A DNA stretch of 64,000 nucleotides from positions 372,001 to 436,000 of the forward strand of contig CP120454.1 of the NCBI GenBank assembly GCA_034226945.1, in the 5' to 3' direction. The first letter of the stretch is position 1, and each line of letters begins with the position of its first letter. Origin of the DNA: Picochlorum sp. SENEW3 (Eukaryota). Below the pieces are notes generated by a model. The model ran no database searches and had not been told where the DNA came from. It was given only the letters and a program-made list of their open reading frames with translations. The position numbers were made by a program, and so were the translations under genes. Positions 35,464 to 48,836 of this stretch are shown here, piece by piece.

Positions 35464-36903
35464 CTACACTCTCAACAGGTCAAAAGGATAGGCTGGTCTG
35501 TCCCTTGGTGGGGATGGAGCTTCAAAAAAGTTACGCCTTCGGATCTTGTCTTCTTCCCTCCGTTCTGCCCACTCTTTCGGATATCGCTCTTTAATTAATA
35601 GAGAAAGCTCTTTCAGCGACACCGCACCTTTGTACGCTCCCTTTTGTCTGCATTGGGGACATGCCATTCTAGACGGAATATAACTGATGATGTTTCTAAA
35701 TGCTCCAAAAACCTTTCCAAATCCAGCTGCATCCAAAGCGCACTGGCGACAAAATTTGTGACCACAACTGAGCCCTACAGGTCTGTACAACAACTCCAGG
35801 CAAATAGGACACTTGAGCTCATCATCATTAAATGGCTGACGCCCTGGACCTACGCCAGATGAAGGGTGACCACTAGAGCCAAGAGAGCTGACATTTTTAG
35901 AGGGAACTGGCGCATCTGGATCGATTCCAGTATTGAACTTTTCCCTTTTCCCGCGTTTACCATCTTCTGCATCTTTCTCAATGAATCTACCATCCTTTAA
36001 TACGGGCCAATCCTCTGATGTCAATCCATGTTGGGCAACGGGAGAATCCTCTTCCCAATCAATATCAGAAGAGTCCAGCAGACATGTTGGCGATTCTTCA
36101 ATAGCTCTCAGTGCTTCTTCTCGAAGCATACGTAGACTTGGAGTCGTCTCACTTTTTGGTGGGAATATAATGCCACTTGTGCCCCGATGGAACTGTGGTT
36201 CCTTCCTCTTTTCAATCTCCAATTTAGAGGATGGTTCCTCAGCAACATCCTTGCTGTGCTGCCCATCTCTACTCATCACATCCCTCTCCCCGTCATTCTG
36301 ATTTGGTTCCTCTTCATCTGCATGCAAGGGGTATGCTGATTTGCTATCTTCGTTCGGATCAGGAGGTATATCTTCAACGAGAGACTTTTGTAGCTTTTCT
36401 TGAACTGCCTTGAGCTCGTCCAACAATGGAGAATGCAAAAACAGCCCAATGCTCTCTGATACACTAACCCCCCAACATTTCTGCAAATATTCTCGTCCAA
36501 GTCTATTTCTGCACGTTTTATCATGCTTTTTCAAAATTTTGCGCAAGGCAACAGCATTCGCCCTGGCATACTTGCGACACCAGTAGACTTCCTTGGCCAT
36601 CTGTGCAACATTCTTTTCACTCTGAAAGAATGACGAAAACACCCACGCAACAAAGCCCCTTGTCCTCCTCTTATACTTGGCAACACAACTATCCGCGTAC
36701 TTGAAGAATATTTCATTCACAAACCGAAGCTCTTTCTCAATCTCTTCAAAAAAGGCAGCCTCTGCATCTTTATCCACCTCGCCTCCATTTTCTGAGACAC
36801 AGGTCTTCAGAACCTTCTTCAACTTTTTATACTGCAAAAACTTGCCCTTCCATTGCTTCGGAGCGTCCCTCTCAAGCGTGGTAAGGTAATGGGCAAACTT
36901 CAT
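35464..36903 (-). CDS. SPX-RING E3 ubiquitin ligase (NLA/BAH1-like)
   Basis: SPX motifs MKFAHYL, YKKLKK, NAVALRKILKKHDK; C3HC4 RING CPICLELLYRPVGLSCGHKFCRQC...CPQCR. Confidence 0.9.
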   Translation of the reverse strand: MKFAHYLTTLERDAPKQWKGKFLQYKKLKKVLKTCVSENGGEVDKDAEAAFFEEIEKELRFVNEIFFKYADSCVAKYKRRTRGFVAWVFSSFFQSEKNVAQMAKEVYWCRKYARANAVALRKILKKHDKTCRNRLGREYLQKCWGVSVSESIGLFLHSPLLDELKAVQEKLQKSLVEDIPPDPNEDSKSAYPLHADEEEPNQNDGERDVMSRDGQHSKDVAEEPSSKLEIEKRKEPQFHRGTSGIIFPPKSETTPSLRMLREEALRAIEESPTCLLDSSDIDWEEDSPVAQHGLTSEDWPVLKDGRFIEKDAEDGKRGKREKFNTGIDPDAPVPSKNVSSLGSSGHPSSGVGPGRQPFNDDELKCPICLELLYRPVGLSCGHKFCRQCALDAAGFGKVFGAFRNIISYIPSRMACPQCRQKGAYKGAVSLKELSLLIKERYPKEWAERREEDKIRRRNFFEAPSPPRDRPAYPFDLLRV

Positions 36904-38074
36904 GGCACTACACGTGCTCCTCGTGCACCAGCCCTCCTTCTCTATTCATATAAATATACGTTATAAATGGATTAAACGACGCCGGAGCAACTACAATGTC
37001 ACACGGAACTTGTACCAGTTGGTAGGGCACGTCTATCGGAACTGAAACGCGAGAACGAGGACAACAAATTCCCACCGACTATACATTCTTCATTAAAAAT
37101 GTACTCATCTTGGCTCTAGATATCAACACAAAGACCAGTACTGTCACGTTCATCAATCATGTCGAAGACTGCCATCTGGATCCGGATATCCCCACGGATG
37201 GATTCCCGACCGGGATTCTGAGAGAAAGCCCCACGGGGCCAAAGCCAGGACTCGCGTGGAGGCCTCGGGTCGCCAGAACAAAACCATATTGATCATGTAG
37301 GTTGGTTTCCATTGAGTAAGACCACTTACAAACTTGGCATCATTGCTTCGCACTGCTTTGCAAGAGCAAAGATAACGAGTAGGATCATGTTCTTGGCAAC
37401 TGCCCATAGTTTGGGCGCCCTATGATTTTCAAATTTCGCGCTCTGGGTGTCCCTGGATGTTGCGTATAATGGGTGAATGCCAGCACAAGAGTCATCAATG
37501 AAATATTTCTTAGTTTTAATGTCTCATAACTGAGATATATAGATATTACATGTCCTACAGGGGAGTGAAACAAGTATCGCTGTGCTTCTAGATCTCTGCC
37601 TCAGGAACCCACGAGCGAGAGGTGACCCAGACGGTTCACGCCTATTATTTACGATACTGGCTGACCAAATAGCATAAGAAATATGGAAAATCATATTGGT
37701 ACGTTTGGATTATTGTAATTTAGGCAAGGGAGGTTGTATGGCGACAACTGCGATTGATTGTCATGACCTTGGAGAGGACCGGTGGGCGATGTGATCTGTG
37801 ACGTTCCGGACACATATAGGTGCCTATAATTAGAAATTAATGATTATAAACACGTGTGTATGACATTCGGGGAATGGTTTGGCCGGGAAGGTTGGGTCGG
37901 TTGCGTGTGCTTGTTGGGCGACCGAATTCAAAATTTCCAGGGTCGACAGCGATCTTGGCGGTGCATGATTGGGGGCTTGTTTCCCACGCAGCGCAAGGAA
38001 AATGTTTCTACTGACTTCTTTTAACGTTCTTTGAATGTATGTGTAGTGAATGTGCCCTCTAGGAATGATGCTGG

Positions 38075-39521
38075 CAGCATCAAGAGTGAAGACCAGGATG
38101 GGCATCTTGAGAATCAGCTGGCCACTCCGCATCAGCAATTTCCCGCCGTCAAAGGTACGCCATTTTTCCTGTAAAGTTTTATTGTGGAGGATGTGTGTCA
38201 TATACTCATGTCTGACAACAAACTATCAATCACTGCAGATCATTTTGCGAGCCCTCCAAGATCTGCATTGAAGCAACTCACTCCAACTGATCAATCTCAC
38301 CAGCTTTTGTCACCTGCGACCATCTCTAAAAACGAATTGAATGACGCAGCGTTGGCTTTGACCTGGCTTTCAGAAGCTTGCGTAGGATCAGAGATGGATA
38401 GGAGAGAGGAGGCCATAGTGCAACGAGTTATGGAGAGAAGATCAGATGAAAGCCAAGAAAAGACTGGCAAAAGGGCAGCGTCAAGGAAGTGTGCTGCGAT
38501 GATTAAAAATGCTTTGAGCGAAGAAAAGAGATCATCAAAGATTGAGAAAGTTCCGAAAGTTACAGTGCAAAAGGTGACAAAAGCTAAAAAGGGCAAGCAG
38601 AACGGTGAGGCACCTCGGAAGAGATCGAGGAATTACAGCCAGAACTCCCGAGTTGGTAGGGCAGTTCAGGCTATTTATGCCTATATCACGAAACATCAAG
38701 TGGAATATTTGAACAAGGGTGCCAAAGGTGTTCCTGAGAGATCGATTCGGTTGGAATTTGGAAACAATCCAGATACATCAAAGGCACTCAGATTTTTGGT
38801 GACTGGAGATCGTATCAATAGGTTGGGCCTTGGGGGCAGAAAGGACCCATTTTCGTATACAATCAAAATGCAGAGCCCAAATGAGACGGATTCAGCTGGA
38901 AAGAATGATTCCGCCCTGTTGAATTCGCTGAAGACTCCACCAACTGAAATTGGAAACTCAGGCCCTGCAGCAGCAGCAGCAATTCTCACTGCACCAAGTA
39001 CCAGAAAGCAGCTGCTGCAAGAAGTTGTATCGACAGCCAGAACTGAAAAGCAGAAGCCTGTCAAACCTTGTCAGCCGCGATTGTCTTTTGGAGAAACACA
39101 GGATCCAATCTCCGGATTTGGTACTGAGAAAGTGGCTGGAAATCTTCTTCCTGGCACCCTGTCTCCACTGCCAAACTTGAGCATGGGAAATTGTTTTAGA
39201 TCTACAGTAATAAAAGAAGACAAGAACCCTGAACCTGTCCAACAAAATGAGAAAGTTGGCTCAAGCAATCTGAACAACAGTGTTCAACCCAAGCCCTGGA
39301 AAATGCAGCAGCCTGGCCAACACTTGGTACCATCTGCAGCTCAGACAGCATATATGATGCACATGTATGCAGCCCAACTGTATTGTAGACAAATGATGAT
39401 GTCTAATTTGTGTCTTAATGATACCACACAGACTCAAAATAATAATACAACGGCTGGGCTGAGTATGCCCTTGGCTGATCATCATGACAGAAATGGTGCG
39501 GAATGCGAATCAGCCCTTTGA
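38075..39521 (+). CDS. Low-complexity protein with a central putative winged-helix domain; start uncertain
   Basis: 445-aa ORF with an upstream spliced exon; core ERSIRLEFGNNPDTSKALRFLV...RLGLGGRKDPFSY resembles a motif I recall from uncharacterised plant proteins. Confidence 0.7.
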
Positions 39522-39850
39522 TCAAAGCTGGAGATATCTCTAGACAGTTGCTCTTTTCTCTTTTCCACATTTTCATGCTCGTTTTCGTTAGATTGTAACC
39601 CATTTATATTGCTTGTTTCTTCAAGAGAATAATGAATGAATGAATGTGGATGACACCTCGTGGCAAGACGTGTGATGTCCAAGACTGCAACTGCCATGCA
39701 CAGCAGCTGAGTTCATCATCAAAGGTCCACAAACACACACACATAACCAGCCATATGCGATAATTTATGTCTAAATTATAATTAGACCTTATTGAAAACC
39801 TACATTGACAGAAAAATCAACCAGATCGTTCTTTGTATTTCCACATTGCC

Positions 39851-40799
39851 ATGTCAGAGCCAATTGCTACCGTCGGGGAGATCTCACAGGGAGGCGAGGA
39901 GAATACTGTAGTAGTTAGAAATTTGACATTTTCATTCCCAACAAGTGATGTTATTGTGGACAATTTCAGCCTCATATTGCCAAGGGGTAGCAGAGCACTT
40001 TTGTGTGGAGCAAATGGAGCAGGAAAGACGACATTATTACAAATCCTCGGAGGCAAATACATGGTCGCCAAGGATACCGTGCGAATTCTCGGACGTCCTG
40101 CATTTCATGATCTACAGCTAGTGTCATCTGGCGATGTCAGTTTCCTTGGCCCAACATGGCGCAGGGACATTGCTTTTGCTGGGAATAACGTTGCCCTTCA
40201 GGTGTGTGCCCTGTGTTGTATGCATATACCACTGTACATATCGACTCACTATCCTAACACATCTATATGTTACACAGGGAGATATATCCGCGGGTAAAAT
40301 GATATTTGGAGTGGAGAATGTTGATCCTGCACGCAGAGAGAGACTGATTCGACTGCTAGATATTGACCTGGACTGGAGGCTTAATAAAGTATCAGATGGT
40401 CAACGTCGACGGGTACAGATTGCCATGGGACTTCTGAAACCATATAAAGTACTTTTATTGGATGAAATTACGGTAGATATGGACGTGGTCGGACGCCTGG
40501 ATCTCTTGAAATTCTTTGAGGAAGAGTGTTCTGAACGTGGTGCAACAATCATATATGCAACACATATTTTTGATGGGATGGAAAAATGGGCTACTCACAT
40601 AGCGTATCTGGAAAGCGGTAAAATGATTCGTGGTGGGAGTGTAGACCAGGTGAGGGAATTAAATAGTGACCTGAAGCTATTGAACATTGTGGAGGCCTGG
40701 CTTCGGGAAGAGAAGGAAAATCGAAAGACAAGAACAAAGACCACATCCAAACCATCCATCCCACTTATGCCAAGCAAACACATGGCATTTTATCGTTGA
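39851..40799 (+). CDS. Soluble ABC ATPase, ABCI19-21/CAF16-like
   Basis: [39 protein letters not shown]; two exons. Confidence 0.9.
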
Positions 40800-41002
40800 T
40801 CACGATATATCATGGGAAATTGCTCTCAGCAATACTATCAAATGCACTGCATGGAAGCATAGTTGCCACAGAATCAGAAGATTCCTTGCAGATTCCTTTT
40901 TAAGAATCGGTCGTCGACAAGAGCGGGCTGTATGGTGGGATGATACAATTCGTTACATTTCATTGTTAATTTGAAATATTGTCAGCACATTTATCGCATA
41001 CT

Positions 41003-41755
41003 ATGGCGAGTTTCGAAACTGAGCAAGATGACGGAAGTCATAGGATGAGAGTAGCAGACAGATACAAGTCAAATGCAAAACTTCGCAAGTTAATTCGTCC
41101 ATTTGCGATCATTCAAATCACATATATTTGTGTGAGAACTGTTTGGAATATGTTGCCAGTCGCATTACTTGGTGAGTCTGACTCTTGATTTTTCATACAA
41201 CCAGGAGAGTTGACACCAGTGTTCTCGATGATTATGAGTATTGCTGTCTGTAGGGGATGACATTCAGGTTGCAGATGCACTGATCTTCCTGTTGGGGGCA
41301 TTGTTGTTTCCTCTGTATCAATATGCCTTTGGTTTTGGTAGAAGTCAGTATGAAAAGTCGTGGGCCATAAAAGCGTATGCCATTTTGTCCATCCTGTTGA
41401 TCGGAGAGGTGGGTACTTCACATCTATGATACATATATATGAATGGTTAAAACGAATAGTGGTATGTATGCAGTGCTTCATTCGGTTTTGGTTGTATCAT
41501 GTCATGTTTGGACCAAATGCTATTGACCCAGATGTTGCCATGGCTTATCCTCCCATCCCAAAGGCTGTCATGTATTATTTAGGATATGGAAACAGTGCTT
41601 CATATCTTTTTAGAGCAATGGACCTGTTTGAAAAGTCAATGGATGTCGCTGGCATCGGAGCATGTGTTGTTGGGTTGTTTGTAGTGAAAGAGTACGTCAG
41701 CAGCCAGGTGGAGGCGAAGAAGCAGGCAGCGTCAAAGAGTAAAAAACGAGAATAG
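41003..41755 (+). CDS. Jagunal-like ER membrane protein
   Basis: N-terminal HRMRVADRY...K motif, hydrophobic TM exons, C-terminal dilysine KSKKRE. Confidence 0.65.
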
Positions 41756-41787
41756 ACAGCTGAGACTATCCATAACGATTCTTAGTA

Positions 41788-42720
41788 TTACCCTGTGAAG
41801 AGTATCCTGTGGCTAACTGTTGCCTGGTGAACATAAGGTCTAATAATTGCTCTGATTTTGCTATCCGCACTGTTCTCAAGAACTCCCATCTTACCCTCTG
41901 AATCAGACAATATCTCGTTAATGAGAGTCACTTTGAACTCTGGAGCCAGCGTATTACCGAACGTTTGGTCAAGCTCTTCCAGGACAATTTTTTTCACCCG
42001 CTTTGCAGTTCGTTTCCTCTGCACATCACTGTCATTCACACCTTGATCCCAATCAATGTCCGAATCCAAAAGAACGCTTGATTTTCGCTTCGAAGCATTC
42101 GTTGTATGCCTTCCATCGACAGGACTCGGTCCTTTCTTGTCTTCCTGCATGGGCTGCGACAGATGCTCATTGTTGGCCTTCTGTATATATGGCTTGTACC
42201 AATCAATGGCTGTCACATTCATACTTTTACTTGCATACGACTGATTTGTATGACAGGATTGAAAAATCTCTTGCTCCTGTTCAATGGCTCTTTCTTTCGC
42301 ACGTTCAAATGCATGTGGCCGTTCATCCATCTCTTTCATAACATCTTCCATCGCTTTGGATCCCTCCAAATCCTGGATCAAGCACATAATATGCTGACAG
42401 GCCAATCTACTCAAAATAATCTGTCGCTTCTGCCTACCAATCGCGGATCTGTTCACAAATGGAGCAACTGGAAGCCACTTTGCCGCAACTGCCTTTTCAA
42501 GTGCCCGAGACTGTTTTGCGAACGAGAGGACCTTAGCATCCTGGCGTTTCAAGCCAGCAAGACAACGAACATATGAGCTAATCAGTGGAGCACCATCATC
42601 GTCATCTCCGTCCTCGAGTCGTGCAATATCGAGGATTGCTTCTGCACAGAGTTCAATTCAATTTTCAGAAGAGTCCTTTTCACGCCATTCGTCATTCATA
42701 CCTTTCCCTACTGGATCCAT
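41788..42720 (-). CDS. Hypothetical protein
   Basis: Short exon MDPVGK from ATG 42720 splices in frame into the 41788-42552 ORF; no family recognised. Confidence 0.65.
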
Positions 42721-42925
42721 AAATTCAAAAAATTTACTCATAATGTAACCCACCATCCGGCAGAGGGAGTATTTCCCTCGATGTGATCTAAAGAGTCTTT
42801 TTAAGGCCAATTGGCCTTGCAAGGAACAAAGGACTTCTCATTCCGGCTCATCACCGATGCACTTGGTCAAAATACAAGAAATAATTTCATTGATATATCG
42901 TATTTTTCGATCAGAGGAGCGTTTC

Positions 42926-44060
42926 ATGATGACTGCTCTTGGTAGGACGGCACGGCATGTCAGTGCGTTTCAGGCTGTTGTTCCATTTCGATGCATGTAT
43001 CCATGTCGCACAGATATAATTAGAAGAAAAGGATTGTTTAGATGCTATTCAATGGCACCAGGTGGCTCGAGGACAGATGAAGTTCTGAGGACACTGAGTG
43101 AGAACGGGCAAGTCTCCATCATTGTCGTCGATGGAACTCGTCTCGTTCAGGAGGTATGATTTATTATTTTAAATTTTGAATGTGGTGATGGAGCGGGACT
43201 GTCCTATGCGCTTACTTGGATGTATACTACTTGTACAGGCTTGTACACGCCATAATACTGCACCAACAGCGTCAGCTGCTCTAGGGAGAGCAATCCTTGG
43301 TACATTGATGATGTCTTGCTTTCGAGGGGAGGGAGAGAAGACGCAAGTGACGTTCAAGGGTGATGGTCCGTTTGGGATGATACAGGTGGTCAGTGAGTCC
43401 TCAGGTCAGGTCAAAGGTCTGATAGGGAACCCAGAAGTGAATTTTCCTCTACGAGATAGTGATAATAAGCTTGATGTGTCTCAGGGGGTTGGACGGGGAG
43501 TACTATCGGTTGTCAGATCACTTCCTTTTACAGACAAAGGGTGGCAGGCACCATATACAGGCATGGTTCCAATCACTACAGGGGAAATTGCAGAGGATCT
43601 TGCCACATATTTGGCAGATTCTGAACAAGTACAATCAGCACTTGGGCTCGGTGTTTCTGTCGGTAGAGATTTGCAGATTGATGCTGCAGGAGGTTTTCTT
43701 GTCCAGGTTTTGCCTTTTGCAGAGGAGGAGACTGTTGCTCAGTTGGAACTCAACATATCGAAAGCAGGAAGTATGAGTAAGATGCTCAAAGACGGATTGA
43801 ATCCAAAGCAAATAACTGATATTTTATTGGAAGGATTGGGCTCTGGGGGTGATGGATTCTCCCTGCAACCAACATATGGACCATGTGAGCCAGAAAGCTT
43901 GAAATCAAGAATGGCGAGTGCCGTGGCTGCATTAGGTGAGAAGGAAGTGAAAGATATTATAGAAGAGCAAGGACACGTGGAAGTGACATGCGAATTCTGC
44001 AAACAAACGTATCAATTCACAGAAGAGCAAATCATGGAAGTACTGCAAGACAGCGAGTGA
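42926..44060 (+). CDS. HSP33: Hsp33 redox-regulated chaperone, plastid-type
   Basis: H...PTASAALGRA, GDGPFG, YTGMVPITTGEIAEDLATYLADSEQVQSAL, AAGGFLVQVLP, EVTCEFC. Confidence 0.92.
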
Positions 44061-44393
44061 CATGACATATTTGTTTCTTATTTCTTATTTCATTGTCGCA
44101 AATGTAATTCATTCATAGCTCGATTCTTCATCGGTGCAGTCTACTTGATGAATAATCGTCGACATGCTTCAAAATGTGTCACAGCAGGCGCTAGCCTCTC
44201 AGGCTCGAGAGCTCTTCGCTGAGAGGTTCACTGCAGTGAGAGGGCCCATCTCAAACAAGGTGATTGCCTTTGATGTCGGATTCCTCCTCCGATGTCCATT
44301 AATATATCTCTAATATCAATAAAAAATGTACCATGTATCATAAATATACCGCAATGCCTATATGTGGCGCTCTATTTGTACTGTACTTGGGTC

Positions 44394-45442
44394 ATGGACG
44401 AGGCAACACTTGCACTCTTGAAACCCGATGAGAGTCTGGGGCAGTATCTCTCTCGGATTAAAAAGGATAAAATAGAGTCTGGAGTACCAGTTTTGGACAG
44501 ATGTACAGCATTTCATAGGTCTGATGTGGTGGAGTTAAGTGGGGTAGTTGGTTCAGGCAAGACGGAATTTTTATACTCTGTACGTGCGCCATGTCGTGGA
44601 TACTTTGCAGAAGAAGATGCATGTTGCTTATCGTTTGTGCTGTAGGTCGCTGTATCGTGTATATTGCCACGTGTGGCCAATGGAGTGGACTTTGGTGGGA
44701 GAGGTCAACATGTGATATTCCTGGATTTGGATTATAAATTCGATATTTTTAGGGTGTCGAATCTGCTGCAGCATAGAATACAAAGTACTCTGAGAGCCTC
44801 AAGGTATGGATGATGGTGATATTGCTTTTATATGGTCGCTGATGAATTGTTGTCGATGAGTGTAGGCCGGCAGGATCTACCAAGCTCAATGTGGAGATTG
44901 TAGAAATTGTGACGCAGACATTCGAGAGACTTCATGTGTTTCGATGTGAAAACAGCTTTCAATTTCTAGCCACGCTCAAGAGTTTGTCGATTGATTTCCT
45001 TCCGACATTGTATAGTGAGGGAGGATCACTTGGTGCAATCCTCGTGGATGACATTTCATCCTATTGGGATGTCCAAAAGGAATTGAAGGAATATAGACGA
45101 TCGGCTTCTCGACGTCATAGCTCCAGTAAGGAAGGCACAAGTACTCTAGAAAGTATTCGAAAGACTTTAGAGGAGCTTCAAACATTATGTCAAGTTCCTA
45201 TATTTGTCACACGGAGGGTGCCTTCCTTACGAGCAGTACGTGAGAACCCGTCGTACGAGCTCAATGCTCTGTGGACAGACTTTACAACAAAGTCGGCCAG
45301 TTTAGGGATATTAGGTAAGCAGCCATCAATTGCTGCTCCTTGCAGGCCGAATGTTCGTAGAATATCATGGGTTAAACCAGAGTTGCACACAGAAGTCAAC
45401 TTTGTGATTGAAAAAGGTGGTGGAGTTCAATCCTGTTCCTAG
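44394..45442 (+). CDS. XRCC2: RAD51 paralog XRCC2
   Basis: DESLGQYLSR, VVELSGVVGSGKTE (Walker A), CILP...FGG...VIFLDLDYKFD, ILVDDISSYW; three exons. Confidence 0.85.
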
Positions 45443-45539
45443 AAATGTATGTGTCAAATATCGAACCTAATGTTACAAACTCATATCCAAAGAAGACAAA
45501 TCCAAATATCCGATAATAACCACAGCCACATGGCATGGC

Positions 45540-47485
<1,946 letters not shown>

Positions 47486-47670
47486 ACTAGTTATATATCC
47501 GTATAAATACAAGATGCTTGGAAGGGTGATTGCTGGCTATGAGGGGCTGATAGCATGCTGGATTGTTTACTTGATCCTGTCAAATCACATTGTTGACCGG
47601 AGGTCTCTTTGCAATTCTATCACCTTTATTCTCTTTTGCAAAACATATTACAACATCAATTCAGAGGAAA

Positions 47671-48549
47671 CTACTTTAAGCAATTACCTCCTGAAAAACA
47701 TACAGAGGCAAAGATAATCACGGCTATCAGGATGACGACGAGAACAACAATGATTTGTACTTTGAAATTCTGCCACCACATCTTGTTCCTCAGACTCCTC
47801 CCAGTCTTATGAAATTTATCAGCTTGGAAACGCAAATTGTCAGTCTTATCAACAAGAAGTTCAATCTTCTCACCTCGTTCGAGGACTCGTTCAATATTCT
47901 CTACCATGATGCCTTTGACTTCGTCAACCTTCTTCTGGACCTCTGCTGCTTTGGAGACTTCGTCGGGATGGGTCTCGCAGTACTCCATCCAGTATTTCAG
48001 TCTCGCTCCAAATGATTTATCTAAAGAATGTGCCGAGGCAGAGGCACCCTTGTCTGCCCATTTGGCAAACCACTCATCCCTGACTTTTTCAACAAAAGCA
48101 AAGGGAATGGCCCTCCCATATGCGTCGTCAGCAACAGCTAGGAATGTATATCCTTGAGAAGATAGATAGTTGAATGCTACACAAGGGTAGAAAGAGCGTG
48201 TCAGGAGCACTAGTAGACAAGCGACAATTGATCGGCTTGAGCCGGGTTGGAATACGTACTATGGCCATCACAAGAGTAGGTAAACTTGGCATTGTTTCCC
48301 TGAGATCCTTTTTCAAGTGCCTGTATGGACATGTGTGTATTAGTTTGTGTATATACGAAAACGATAGAGATCACTCCGGACACGCTGTCGACGCGTTCGC
48401 CCTGCCATTGCTGTATCTTCAGTTAGAAAGCATTTTAACGCAGTCATATATCACACCTGAATGGCAATAACGCTAAAGTTGCCTGTGTATGCTGTGTAAT
48501 CAGCAAGGACCGTTGTCCCACGGGCAACGAAACTGTAAATAAGAGGCAT
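47671..48549 (-). CDS. VAMP72-type longin R-SNARE
   Basis: [18 protein letters not shown] longin start, [34 protein letters not shown] motif, C-terminal TM. Confidence 0.93.
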
Positions 48550-48672
48550 CCTATGAGTGTATCCGCCTCTATTTTGCCATGAAAATACGGAAATATTTCA
48601 TGAATGAGTTGGATGGGGGTGGTTGACAGAGTCGAATGATTGGCGCGGAGGGGTCAGTGCCCTTGATGTATC

Positions 48673-48690
48673 AGAGAGAGAGAGAGAGAG
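48673..48690. repeat. (GA)n microsatellite
   Basis: agagagagagagagagag in the VAMP-CTR intergenic region. Confidence 0.8.
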
Positions 48691-48836
48691 CAACATGCGC
48701 AGGGCACGCGCGAGCGACACTTGTATCTATTTATATATACGTCTGACGCAGCCCTCACATGGTAGGAGAAGTTAGGGTGGTGATGCGCGACTCGATGAGA
48801 ATCTCGTTACAAATAGAAGACAAACGTTAGAGAGGT

